From contig CM069155.1 in the NCBI GenBank assembly GCA_035221665.1, positions 29,636,001-29,700,000 on the forward strand: 64,000 nucleotides of DNA, in the 5' to 3' direction. Each line of letters starts with the position of its first letter. The first letter of the stretch is position 1. This DNA is from Okamejei kenojei (Eukaryota). The notes below the pieces were generated by a model. The model saw only the letters and a program-made list of their open reading frames with translations, was not told the origin of the DNA and did no database searches. The position numbers and the translations under genes were made by a program. Below, one piece after another: positions 13,530 to 25,716 of the stretch.

Positions 13530-14385
13530 CTGATAGGAAAATAATAATTAATATTGTTCAATTACTTGTGTATCTGGGCATCTGTGATCTGAAATTGAGT
13601 GTGTTTTGTTTTTAATGTTCTTGTTTTGTCCATGCATTTGTTAATTTCTGTACTTTATATCGCCCTCACCGCTTTAAACTGAACGGTGTCCATTCCAATT
13701 CCTACACCGTTTTCCCTCACACCTTGCTTTCTCTTCCACTCTGACCCCGCTCTGTATTTTATTTTGTTTCCCGCCCTCATGGACATCCTTTCTTTGTTTC
13801 TCTCCACCACTCTGTTTCTCTGCAATTCTCTGTTTGTTGGCTTTACGCACCGGGAAATAGAGATTACCCCGAAGCAGAGCCAAAGACCGTTTGGGCATCA
13901 ATTTGTTAAACATTTGTGGATTATTCACATGGTGGAGCCAAACAAAAATAGCAGATGTTTCAGTAATCTTAGCTATTATTTGTATTATTTTATTTCTCAG
14001 GGCAACGTAAATTTACTTTTTAATAGTTTTTTTAAAATAATTTATTTCAATGTACCTACTACTTTGGAGTCTCACGGTGCAATTATTTACAATTCGCTAC
14101 CTATGTATCACCCCTATCAAAACGAATTACGACAACTAGCACTACATTAAAATAAATGTAGCTGTCAGCACTCTGTGCCTATGTTTTCAGAATAACGCCA
14201 ATTCTCCTCACTGCTTATATATTTTGAAATATCAGGACCTCTCTAAGCGGTGGAATTGTGCCCCGAACTTCCACAATCTTAACACATATCCAAAAGGTCG
14301 GTGTACCAAATAATGAATTTGCAGAAAAAAATAGATACTTCTCTCATGTAGAATGAAAACGAAACAGGAATTAACTAATACTGTA
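13530..14385 (+). repeat. Non-coding paralogous block, copy A (continues at 17558-17665)
   Basis: Colinear, roughly 70-75% similar by eye to 29250-29926 plus 33768-33926, e.g. gtactttatatcgccctcaccgctttaaact vs gtactttacatcgccctcattgctttaaact. Confidence 0.85.
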
Positions 14386-15420
14386 CTTCAAATTGAAGAA
14401 ATCAATGTTCATACCGTTGAGTTGTAAGCTGCGCAAGCGAAATATGAGGTGCTATTATTCCAATTTGCGCGTGGGCTCATTTTGAGCGATCCAGGACAGT
14501 AAACTCAGCGTGGAAATGGGATGGAGTTGTTAGGTATTCATGTTATCTGGCCTACACTTCTTCCTACCCTGTCACTTTCAAAATACCCTATTCCCTACTA
14601 CCAATTCCCCTGTCGCCGCTGCTTTTTCTCCCAAGATGAGATGTTCCAGACTAGAACATCAGAGATGTCCTAATTCTTTAGGGAACTAGAGTTCCGCCCT
14701 TTTATCATAAATTAGACCATCAGACGTGTCGCATTTGGATCCACCAGTTCCGCACTTGTTCCCAAGCCCCACAGTCGCGACAGGGACAGTGATTATCCTC
14801 CAAAATGTTCTTCACCTCCAAACTAGTCACAACTTCCCATCCCCCCCCCACCTTTCTGTGTTCCGCAGTGACCATTCCCTTCGAAACTCTGTGGTTCATT
14901 CATCAGTTCCCATCAAAACCACCCTCTCACCAGGGACTTCCCCTTGCAACCGCAGAAGAAGCAATCCTGTCCTTATACCTCCCACCTCGACTATATCCAG
15001 GGACCCCGGCAGTCGTTTCAGGGGTGGCAGAAGTTTACTTGCACCTTCTCCACCTCATCTATTGTTCGGTGTGGGCTCCTATAGATTGGCAAGATGAAAT
15101 ATGAACTTGGTGGTCGTTTCGCTGAACACGTATGCACAGTCCGCCATGGCTTACGGGATATTCTGGTTGCCGAAACATTGTCCATCCCATTGAAGAATGG
15201 TCTCGACACGAAACGTCACCCATTCCTTCTATCCAGAGATGCTGCCTCTCCCGCTGAGTTACTCCGGTTTTCTTTGATCTATCTTCCCGTACTGACTATT
15301 CTGTCCTGTCGTCGTCAGAGTGAGGCCACACGCAAATTGAAAGAACAGCACCTCATATTTCGCTTGGGCAACTTTCAACCCAGTGGTATGACTATTGATT
15401 TATCTAATTTCAAGCTACTC
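14385..15420 (+). mobile_element. Penelope-like element fragments (inverted 5' piece, RT C-terminus, GIY-YIG), with a nested hammerhead module at ~15190-15280
   Basis: FRSDHSLRNSVVHS, PCNRRR, LGGRFAEH and RKLKEQHLIFRLGNFQPSGMTID; same family as 37770-38768. Confidence 0.85.
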
Positions 15421-15743
15421 TTGCACCCCCCCCCCCCCATCCTTGTACCCTAAGCCGTTCCACTTGTGAGGCCCCTCCCAATCCCCTACCCCGACGACTT
15501 GAGGAAGATGGTCCACCAGATTGACACCGATTTGCAGCCGTGGCCAATGAAATAAAGGGCTGTAAAGCTGTGTTTATTTATTTATTTATTACCAGTGCCA
15601 GTGTCGAGTTATTGGCTTAAAACACTATTTTTCTGAAATGGAGGGCAAGGAAAATTACTGAAGTGTTGTTGAGAGACTACAGTGCGCTGTGACAGCATGT
15701 GTAAGAAAGGCCTATGACAGTGTCAGAAATATTATACACCTTT

Positions 15744-16100
15744 CAGGGCTCTCACTTAATTTTTTTTTCGGGGCAACCTTGGCAGCTTTTAAAGTTGCCA
15801 AATGACAGTTTAGGTGGTCATTTAAGACGGCTTCCATGACGCGTGCGATAATGTGCTCGGACGAAGTGCATAGTTACCAGTCCGAATTATGCTCAATGAA
15901 GTATTCACAAATTATTTCTACTTCAAATAAAGTCACAAACTAAACATATTCACCAATCAATACATGATATATACCACAATGACATGCAGCAAAATTATAA
16001 TGCAATACCTCAACTCTTTTACATGTTGCAATGAATGCGATTTCTACTATTTCTTTCAACTTCCAACCAAAAATGTGGTTGGATTATTCAGCGTATGATC
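15744..16100. mobile_element. Possible non-autonomous DNA transposon fragment
   Basis: Abrupt start CAGGGCTCTC resembles hAT-type termini. No matching TIR or ORF was found. Confidence 0.25.
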
Positions 16101-16540
16101 AACCTCGGTGAGACCAAGTGCTGGTTTGGCGATCGCTTCGCACAACACCTCCACTCAGTTCGCAATAACCAACCTGATCTCCCAGTGGCTCAGCACTTCA
16201 ACTCCCCCTCCCATTCCTATCCGATCTTTCTGTCCTGGGCCTCTTCCATGGTCAGTGTGAGGCCCACCATAAATTGGAGGAGCAGTACCTCATATTTCGT
16301 TTGGGCAGTTTACACCCCAGCGGTATGAATATTGAATTCTTCAACTTCAGGTAATCCCAGATTTCTCCTCCCCTTCCCAGCTCTCCCTCAGCCCACTGTC
16401 TCCGCCTCTTACTTTCTTCTACCCGTCCCCCCCACCCTCACATCAGTATGATGAAGGGTCTCGCCCCGAAATGTCGCTATTCCCTTCGCTCCATAGATGC
16501 TGCCTCACCCGTTGAGTTTCTCCAGCATTTTTGTCTACCC
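16100..16540 (+). mobile_element. Penelope 3' end (GIY-YIG C-terminus and pLTR with mutated hammerhead core at 16448-16475)
   Basis: GETKCWFGDRFAQHLHSVRNNQPDLPVAQHFNSPSH followed by the hammerhead module. Confidence 0.85.
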
Positions 16541-16599
16541 ATTCACACAAGTTCTGTTATCCCACTTTCCTCACCCACTCCCTACACATTAGGGTCAAT

Positions 16600-16764
16600 T
16601 TTACAGAGAGAAGTTAACCTACAAGGCCAACACGTCTTCTGGATGTGGGAGGAAACCCACACTCTTGCAGGGAGAATGTGCAAATGCAACAAAAACAGTG
16701 CTGGACGACAGGATCGAACACAGATCTCTGGCGTGTGAGGCAGCAAGTCTACCAGCTGTGCCAC
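16600..16764 (-). mobile_element. V-SINE-like tRNA-derived SINE
   Basis: Reverse complement reads gtggcacagctggtaga...gttcgatcc (A and B boxes), then tttgcacattctccc...gggtttcctcccacatcc (V domain). Confidence 0.75.
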
Positions 16765-16912
16765 TATATTTTGTTTTCCAACACACCAAAAATTATACGT
16801 TGATAACTTTGGTTACTAAAAAAATGAAAGTATTAATTTTCAGTTTTAAATCTCCAAGTGACGCTATGTCCCCTTTACAGCTACTGAATGTTTTAATTAA
16901 GTTCAAGACTAT

Positions 16913-17076
16913 GGGGCAGTACATTGGCCATAAAGTTCCTGCCTAAAAGTGACAGAGACCCGGAATTGGTCCTGAATATGGGTGCTGTGTTTATGGAGTT
17001 TGCTCCTTTTCCCTTTGATCGCATGGGTTTTCCCCGGGTGCTCTTGTTTCCTTCCACATTCCAAAGGTGTGCAGGA
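16913..17076 (+). mobile_element. V-SINE-like SINE, degenerate
   Basis: V-domain-like ggagtttgctcctt...gggttttccccgggtgctc...cacattccaaag. Confidence 0.7.
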
Positions 17077-17295
17077 ACCTATTTCAGACCCAAACCAAAA
17101 AGTTACATTTTCTTTTTGTCCAGAGATTCTGCCTGACCACCTCCACCTTTTTGTGTCTGTGTTCAGTTTAAACCAGCATCTGCAGTTCCTTCCTACACAC
17201 ACGATACTATACGATATAACTTTATTAATCCCAGGAGCGAAATTGTGTGCACGTGTATATAAATATCACACCCCCATAAATATCACACATAAATA

Positions 17296-17296
<1 letters not shown>

Positions 17297-17374
<78 letters not shown>
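17297..17374. repeat. (CA)n microsatellite, about 39 units
   Basis: Direct reading. Confidence 0.97.
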
Positions 17375-17377
<3 letters not shown>

Positions 17378-17984
17378 GTGAGCTCCATCCTTCCTAAAGT
17401 AATCTGTTGCCAGCCCTGATTTATTCTGGCCTTATCATTTACAGTTTCCACCCCCACCTCTTTCAGTCTGAAGAAGGCTTCCGATCCGAAATATCACCTA
17501 TTAATTTTCTCCAGAGATGCAGCCTGACTCGCTGAGTTATTCCAGCATTTTTGTGTCTACTGTCGGTTTATAGTTGCTTAGCTAAATTCCTCCCTATCCA
17601 TGTATTTATTTTTGGGATTAATGTATTGTTGGTCAGTCAATGCATCGATCGCCCATCCCTATCTGCCATTGAGAAGCTGCTGATAACCTACCTTGATGCT
17701 GTCTGACCTGCTGACCTACTTCGGCTTTTTATGTTTATCTTCAGCAACTATAATCCTGTGATGCCATTCATGTTAAATCCAAAGGTTGGATCAACGAAGT
17801 GTGAAAGATCATATAGTTCCAAGCCTTGATGTGCTTGTATGTTACATTGCCGACAACTACATTATTATGCAGAAGATAAACACAAAATGCTGAAGTAAAT
17901 CAACGGCCAGGCAGAAACTATGGACACATGGGATAGGCGGCAACTTCTGCATCAAGCACCCAATGCAAATAAGCACCTGTAGTT

Positions 17985-18660
17985 CCTGCGGAGGGATTTG
18001 GATATGTTGGGGGAGTGAGCTGAGTAGTGGGAGATGGAATACAGCACAGCAAAGTGTGCAGTCTTTGGGTAGCAGGAATAAAGGCATAGGCTATTTTCTA
18101 TGGTGAAATAATTCACAAATCGGAGATTCAAAGGGACTTGTGAGTGCTGTTGCAGGATAACCAAAAAGTTAATTTGCAAGTCGAATCAGTAGGAAGGAAT
18201 GTGAATGCTATGCTAGGATTTATTTGGAGAGGGCTAGAAGACAAAACATGAATGTAATGCTGAGGTTATAAGGAACTGCTCAGACTGAATTTGGATCATT
18301 ATGCACAGTTTTAGGCCCCGTATCTGAGGAAATATGTGTTGGCTTTGGAGAGGGTCCAGAGGAGCTTTATGAGAATGATCCCAGGAATAAATGGGTTAAT
18401 ATGTGCTGAGCGCACAGGGCTTGTCTGTATTCGCAGGAGTTTAGAAGGATGAAGGGGCACCTCATTGAAACTTACCGAATAGTGAAAGGCTTATATAGAG
18501 TAAACATGGAGAGGATGTTTCCACTGGTGGGAGAGTCTGGGGCCAGTGGCCATAGGCGCAGCATTAAAGGGCGTATCTTTAGAAAGGAGATGAGGAGGAA
18601 TGTTTTTAGTCATGGGGTGGTGAATCTTTGGAATTAATTCCCATAGAGAGGCGTGGATAT
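17985..18660 (+). mobile_element. Degenerate CR1 3' fragment
   Basis: MKGHLIETYRIVKGL...MRRNVFSHGVVNLWN. Confidence 0.85.
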
Positions 18661-18669
18661 TTTTACAGA

Positions 18670-19985
18670 GAAACATAGAAACATAGAAAATAGGAGCAGT
18701 AGAAAGCCATTCGGTCCTTGGAGCCTGCACCACCATCCAATATGATCATGCCTAATCATCCATAATCAGTACTCCATTCCTGAATTGTCCCCCATATCCC
18801 TTGATTCCGTTAGCCCTAACATCTATATCTAACTCTCTTGAAAACATCCAATGAATTGGCCCCGACTGCCTTCTATGGCAGAGAATTCCACAGATTCACA
18901 ACACACTTTGTGAAAACGTTTCTCCTCATCTCAGTCCCAAATGGCCTACCTCTTATTCTTAATCTGGTTCTGTTCACCCCCAACATCGGGGGGAAAAAAT
19001 CTGCATCTAGCCTGTCCAAACCCTTCAGAATTTTATATGTTTCTATAAGATCCCTTCTCATCCTTCTAATTTCAGTGAATTCAAGCCCAGTCGTCTCATT
19101 CTTTCATCATATGTCATTCCCACCATCCCGGAAATTACCCTGGTGAACTTACGCAGCACTCCCTCAATAGGAAGAATGTCCTTCCATACATTAGGGGATC
19201 AAAACTGCACACAATAGTCCAGTTGTGGTCTCATCAGGGCCCTGTACATCTGCAGTAGGACCTCCTTGCTCCTATACTCAAATCCTCTCGCTATGAAGGC
19301 CAACATGCCATTTCATTTCTTCACTGCCTGCAGTGAAGGATGTACAAGGAAATCCAGGCCTCGTTGCACCACACCTTTTCCTAATCTGATACAATTCAGA
19401 TTATAATCTGCCTTTTTGTTCTTGCCAGCAAAATGGATAACCTCACGTGTATCCACATTATACTGCATCTGCCATGTATCTGCCCACTCACCCAACCTAT
19501 CCAATTCAACCTACAGCCCCATACCACCCTCCTCGCAGCTCACACTGCCATCCAGCTTTGTGTCATCCGCAAACTTGGAGATGTTACTTTTAATTTCCTC
19601 ACCTAGATCGTTAATATATATTGTAAATAACTGGGGTTACAGCACTGAGCCTTGCAGCACCCCACCAATCATTGTCTGCCATTCTGAAAAGGACCCGTTA
19701 ATTCCTTCTCTTCGCTTCCTGCCTGCCAACCAGGTATCCATGTCAATACCCTGCTCCCAAAACCATGTGCTCTAATTTTGACCACTAATCTCTTGTGTGG
19801 GACCTTGTCCCAGGCGTTTTGAATGCCCAGATACAACACATCAACTGGCTCTCCCTTTTCCATTCTACTTGTTACATCCTCAAAAGTTTCCAGAAGATTA
19901 GTCAAGCATGATTTCCCCTTCATAAATCCCTGCTGACTTTGTCCGATCCCTTCATTGCTTTCCAAATACGCGGCAATTACATATT
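18670..19985 (-). mobile_element. CR1 LINE 3' portion (RT to tail)
   Basis: QGFMKGKSCLTNLLE, DKVPH, WQMQYNVD and RRDLIETYKILKG on the minus strand. Microsatellite tail (gaaacata)n at the left end. Confidence 0.9.
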
Positions 19986-20449
19986 TTATAATTTAATAAT
20001 TTTAAAGTGGAGGTTGACAGATCCTTGATTGGTACAGGAGTACGGATATAAGATGAGAATGGTGTTGAGAGGTTAAGATAGATCGGCCATGATAGAATGG
20101 CGGAGTAGCTTTGATGGGCCGAATGGCATAATTCTGCTCCTAGAACAATGAATTTATGAACTTATGAATTATGTGTCTGGTTCTTGAATGCCTTGGTGAC
20201 CATTTTGTTGAGGATATATGTAAGGGGACCGATTAGAATGCATTCTGTAGACGGCACAGACCGTGGGCTTGTTGCACTTGTGGCAAAGAGAGACAAAGGA
20301 TGGGATTATGTCATTGAAATAAAAACTTAATCCTGTAAAATGTCGGACTTCTTGAATGTTGTCGGAGCAGAAACCATCACGTGTGGCAAGGATATCATCA
20401 CAGCCATATTGCTCTTTTTTGAGCAATATCAGACAAGTCTTGAGAATTT

Positions 20450-20708
20450 GGTATTGAGTGGGGAACTGTAATGAGATTGAATGGAGATAGATTATTTTGG
20501 TTCCAACACGATCTTTATTGTAGAAAATACGAGAAAATATTAATGAAGCAGTAAATCTCACGCCTTTACGCTCATTAAACCTGAACTGATATAAACGGCG
20601 GTTAATAATAAGAAGTCATATGAATTTCTGCTCTTCCAGGTTTCTGTTTGCTGCAGCTGGTCTGGGGAACTCGAGTCCTGGCACCTTTCGGGGTCATGAT
20701 CTAATGTG

Positions 20709-20777
<69 letters not shown>

Positions 20778-20992
20778 GAAGGTGAGTTCTGTGAGCTGGA
20801 TCGAAACATTCATTTATACAATCAATAAATCTGATCTCGACACAAAAGTAAACTCCGCTTTAAAACTAATTTTCTTCTTTGTACTCAAGAAACAGTGAGC
20901 TATTTATTAAATCAAGGGCCGAGCTAGTCTCGTATATCTCATGAATTTAGATATCCTAATAGACATCTGGAAGTGTAGTGGGGTCAACGCTG
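20450..20992 (+). repeat. Non-coding block duplicated at 22725-23270
   Basis: tattgagtggggaactg / tattgagtggggagctg, atgaatttctgct and taaatcaagggccgagcta / taaatcaagtgcccagcta occur colinearly in both copies. Confidence 0.85.
20712..20775. repeat. (TC)n microsatellite, about 32 units
   Basis: Direct reading. Confidence 0.97.
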
Positions 20993-22716
20993 AAACAAAG
21001 AGTAGGAATAAATGGCGAGTGTACTGCCGAAAGGCTCCGTGCTAGGACCGCAACTATTTACAATATGTATTAATGATTTAGATGATGGGATTAAAAGTAA
21101 CACTTACAAATTTGCAGATGCACAAAGTTGGGTGGCAGTGTGAAGTGGAAGAGTATGCTCGGATGTTCCAGGGTGACTTAGACAGGTTGAGTGAGTGGGC
21201 AGATGCATGGCAGATGCAGTATAATGTAGATAATTGTGAGTTTATCCACTTTTAGCCACAAGGAGGCAGATTATTATCTCAATTGTGTCATATTAGGAAA
21301 AAGGGAGTGCAGCGAGACCTGGGTTTCCTTGTACACCAGGTAGTGGAGCAGGCAGTGAAGAAAGCTAATGGCATGTTGCCCTTCATAACGAGAGGATTTG
21401 AGAAGAGGAGGAAAGAGGTCCTTCTGCAGTTGCACAGGGCCCTGGTGAGACCACATCTCGAGTATTGTGTGCAGTTTTGGTCTCCTAATTTGAGGAAGGA
21501 CATCCTTGCTATTGAGGCAGTGCAGCGTAGGTTCAATCCCAGAACCAGGGGCCACAGTCTAAGAATAAAGGGTGGGGGGGGGGGGGGTGAATTTAAAAGT
21601 TAGATAGAGCTCTCGGGGCTAGTGTAATCAAGGGATATGGGGAGAAGGCAGGCACGGGTTACTGATGAGAAACAAAGAGTAGGGATTAACGGGTCCCTTT
21701 CAGAATGGCAGGCAGTGACTAGTGGGGTACCGCAAGGCTCAGTGCTGGGACCGCAACTATTTACAATATACATAAATGATTTGGATGAAGGGATTCAAAG
21801 TAAACATTAGCACATTTGCAGATGACACAAAGCTGGGTGGCAGTGTGAGCTGTGAGGAGGATGCTATGAGAATGCAGCATGACTTGGACAGGTTGGGGGA
21901 GTGGGCAGATACATGGCAGATCCAGTTTAATGTGGATAAATGTGAGGTTATCCACTTTGGTAGCAAAAACAGGAAGGCCGATTATTATCTAAATGGTGTC
22001 AAGTTGGGAAAAGGGGAAGTACAACGGGATCTGGAGGTCCTTGTTCATCACTCAATGAAAGTAAGCATGCAGATACAGCAGCAGGCAGTGAAGAAAGCGA
22101 ATGTCATGTTGGCCTTCATATCAAGAGGAGTTGTGTATAGTAGTCTGCAGTTGTACAGGGCCCTAGTAAGACCTCACCTGGAGTATTGTGTGCGGTTTTG
22201 GGCCACTAATTTGAGGAAGGACATTCTTGCTATTGAGGGAGTGCTGCGTAGGTTTACAAAGTTAATTCCCAGGATTTCAGGACTGTCATATGCTGAGGGA
22301 ATGGAGCGGGTGGGCTTGTATACTCTGGAATTTAGAAGGATAATGGGGAATCTGATTGAAACATATAAGATTATTGAGGGTTTGGCCACGCTAGAGGCAG
22401 GAAACATGTTCGCGATGTTGGGGCCAGGGCCAGAACCAGGGGCCACAATTTTAAAAATAAGGGGTAAGCCACTTAGAACGGAGATGAGGAGACACATTTT
22501 TACACAGAGAGTTGTGAGTGTGGAATTCCTCTGCCTCAGAGGGTGGTGGAGGCCGGTTTTCTGGATACTTTCCAGATAGAGCTAGATAGGGCTCTTAAAG
22601 ATAGCGGGGTCAGGGGATATGGGGAGAAAGCAGGAACGGGGTACTGATTGGGAATGATCAACCGTTGTCACTTTGAATGGCTCCGGCACCTATCGTCTAT
22701 TGTCTATTGTCTATTA
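20993..22716 (+). mobile_element. Two tandem CR1 3' fragments (20993-21665, internally deleted; 21668-22716)
   Basis: ORF 21776-22579 has [27 protein letters not shown] and GLYTLEFRR. Tail (ctattgt)n near 22697-22715. Confidence 0.92.
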
Positions 22717-22724
22717 CAATTTAA

Positions 22725-23270
22725 TATTGAGTGGGGAGCTGAAATGAGATGGAATTGAGATAGATATTTTTGTTTCCAAGACCATCTTTATCATAGCAAA
22801 ATACGAAAAAAATACTCATAAAGGAACAGATCTTACGCCCTTTTGCTCATTAAGTCTTAACTGCTAATAACAATGAGTCACATGAATTTCTGCTTTTCTT
22901 GATTCCTGTTTGCTATGGCTAGTCTGGAGCACACTCCGTTCCTGGAATGTCTTCTTCTTATCGAGTCCACACACAAGATTAGAGGTTGTATACAATGGTG
23001 TCTGTCTTGTCGCTTCTTGTGCTTCTTGTGCGTGGTGGTGGAAAGATTGGTGGAAACAGGGCCGCGGCGTGAACGCTCTTTCCTTGACCCCAATGAATAA
23101 GTATGATCTAGAGAGAAAGGGTAAATATGTTATAGAATTAGCCGTTTATCATGGTACCCAAATGGCGAGGGTTATTGATTAAATCAAGTGCCCAGCTAAT
23201 CGCAGACGTCTCTAGGAAAGAAATAGGGATATACCAATACACATCTGGGCGTGCAGTGGTGTCAACACTG
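22725..23270 (+). repeat. Second copy of the 20450-20992 block, about 2 kb upstream of IgL cluster A
   Basis: Colinear similarity by eye to 20450-20992. Confidence 0.85.
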
Positions 23271-25034
23271 TTTTATCGGTACACTGTGTCCACTTTCCAC
23301 GAATGTGAAATATGAAACAATCATGCAGCAGTGCCCTCTGCTCGCTCATATCTATTTCTCCAACATTTGTGGAATGTGTGCATTTCTGGGAACGCAGTAT
23401 TCATTGTTCATTCAAAACTGAGAACGCAAGGAACTGCGGATACTGGAATCTTGAGTAAAGCACAAACTGCTGGAGTAACTGAGGGGATCAAGCAGCATCT
23501 GTGGATAGGCATTTGGGGAGATAATGACGAACAACCTTCAGCCACTGCCATCGTTCGCGTGTTCATTTACTTACAGCATTGCACGTTGCAAAGTGAAGAA
23601 CGGCAGCAGTGAGAGCAATGCGAGATATTTACAAACCTGGATACTATGTACTAGAGAGACTCTTGGAGGGGATTCTGCGAATAAGCATTTGATAAAAATG
23701 CCTGTCGTAGTGGCATGCATACGTTTACAGTGGCTTACGCGCGCAATTGCAACTAATTCTGTAACATTGTGTTCCCGTCCAGCCGTGCTGGAAAGAATGA
23801 ACGGTTATGTTAATGGATGTCCGAGCAATAAAGACGGCTGCTAAATTAATCTGGTTTAACGGCAATTTACGCTACATGCATTCATGTTAGTTGCCAGGTC
23901 GTAATTTATATTAAGGAGTATTCAGGAATTTTAAAGGATATTCAGGACAGTGATATTGTCGGGTGTAAATCAATGCCTCCGATTGATATCAATGTCTGAA
24001 CAACCATTAACGTTGTCCCGCTTCTTTGCATGTGGCCCCCTGTGCGTAGGGAGCAATGTTTGACTGTGTGACCTTCGTCTGCTCTCCCCCGGATGGAAAG
24101 AAACAGTGGCGCGCGCGCACCCAAAATCTAACTCCGGTTACTGGAGTTTAATTTCGAAAAAACAAATATCCCGAACAATTTCCAGATGTTAAATTTGGAT
24201 CTTTTGTTGTTGATCAAATGGAAGGGAAATGTCGTCCAAATTCGGGGATGATGCGAAGATGACACAACGACTACCACGATCGATTCGTGGGTGCCCCGGC
24301 AGACGTCGTTTCTTATTGCTGATGCTCATCATCGACTGGTGCTGTTTGGAATATACAAACACTGCATCAACTGTACATAAAATTAGTTATCAATGATACG
24401 TATGTAATATATCAACATGTTGTCAAACATATCACCAATTTTAAACTTCATTAAAGACAGATGCAACACCTCTGTTTTTCTACATGCAGGTACCCTTCTT
24501 TGGACAAGGATCTACTGTGCATTGCAGTATTAGAGTAGGCAGGCAGCTCTTCGAAGCAACATATGCACCATGTAGTCTGAATTGCTTCCAAAAACTGCAA
24601 CTGCACTAACATGTGTTAGTGTTAATGTTAGTTAACATTCTCACACAAGAAGAATGATGGTCTGTGGGATTTATGATTTCGAAAATTCCGAAAATATATC
24701 GATTTAAGATGATACTGAATAAAAACGGGGCAGTGGAGAGTGGCTGCCATCACGTTATATTCATGGATACGGTTTTAATTTGACCGTTTCGCTTCCCTGT
24801 CCACTGGCGATTAAACATTTACAAAATATAATATTGAAAACTCTCAGATAATATCTTCATTATCTTTTTGCATAGGGATCATGCAGAAAAGGACAGATTG
24901 TTTAATATCAGGAAGGGGCTACTGCGCCAATCCCTTTTATTCCACGATATGTGTGAGAACGCGTCAAGCTATTTACAAATATCGAAAATAAGACCTCCAT
25001 GCTTCACAGTGGCGGATTATTTCAACGAAGGATG

Positions 25035-25130
25035 AATCTGGCAATTTCTGATTGGCCTCGGCGAGCATTCTGGTTTGATTGGTTTGCATAGTTAAACACG
25101 CGGTGCCAACTCGTCATCCCATTTATAAAG
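25035..25130 (+). promoter_or_regulatory. IgL cluster A promoter: inverted CCAAT, variant octamer, TATA
   Basis: CTGATTGG at 25048-25055, GTTTGCAT at 25082-25089 (7/8 to ATTTGCAT), TATAAA at 25124-25129; ATG at 25206. Confidence 0.8.
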
Positions 25131-25205
25131 AGAACTCTAAAGCAAATTTAGACGCCACTTAATCAGGAAACTGACGTCCTATCGAAGTTCAGCAGTTTAA
25201 TTAAA

Positions 25206-25254
25206 ATGGCTTGCTCGATCTGTGTGGTTGGTGCGTTGGTGTTATGCGCAGTTT
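25206..25254 (+). CDS. IGL: Ig light chain cluster A, leader exon (MACSICVVGALVLCAV)
   Basis: 16 hydrophobic codons plus 1 nt, then GTGAGT donor at 25255. Same 49-nt length as the other two leaders. Confidence 0.93.
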
Positions 25255-25374
25255 GTGAGTATTATACGTGCCCGGACAATCGATTTATTTCCGTGCACCA
25301 TTAAATTGTGATCTTCTCTCACACTTCAACTATCTTATTGATTTTATATTTTTCTGATCTTGATCTTTTCTCAG

Positions 25375-25716
25375 ATGTAAACGCGGCAATTACTATAAGT
25401 CAACCGACTTCGATGTCCACCTCTACGGGACAGAACATGCAAATAACCTGCACCATATCGGGCTCCAGTTCAGGTGGTAACTATGTCTCCTGGTACCAAC
25501 AGATCCCTGGCAAAACTCCAAAGTATTTAATGTACTATTATTCCGGCAGCATTGACAAAGGCACGGACATTCCAGACCGTTTCTCCGTCTCAATGTCAGG
25601 CAACACTGCAACATTCGCAATATCTAACGTTCAAGCGGGTGATGCTGCAGACTATTACTGTGCAAAATGGGATAGTGGTTTACATTTCGGTAAAGGAACG
25701 AGGCTGGGTATTGGTG
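25375..25716 (+). CDS. IGL: Ig light chain cluster A, germline-joined VJ exon
   Basis: Acceptor ttttctcag. Reads ITC, WYQQ, DYYC-AKWDSGLH-FGKGTRL. GTAAGT donor at 25717. No RSS or spacer between V and J. Confidence 0.97.

Noticed and set aside
13686-14150. 154-aa hydrophobic ORF resembling a membrane protein
   Set aside because: Pyrimidine-rich non-coding DNA; the paralogous copy at 29.3-29.9 kb does not keep the frame.
16700-16764. tRNA-like A and B boxes
   Set aside because: Head of a V-SINE; no complete cloverleaf.
16982-17419. ORFs with HTHT or SLSL repeats (also 20620-20898 and 59907-60191)
   Set aside because: Translations of microsatellites.
25005-25011. CACAGTG heptamer upstream of promoter A (also at 37342-37348, and CACTGTG at 23282-23288)
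   Set aside because: No nonamer-like sequence at 12 or 23 bp spacing and not adjacent to a V or J segment; consistent with chance.
25656-25662. Cryptic heptamer TACTGTG in FR3 of V-A and V-C (62443-62449), suggesting V replacement
   Set aside because: It follows from the Tyr-Cys-Ala codons, is absent in V-B, and no RSS-bearing donor V is present in the window.
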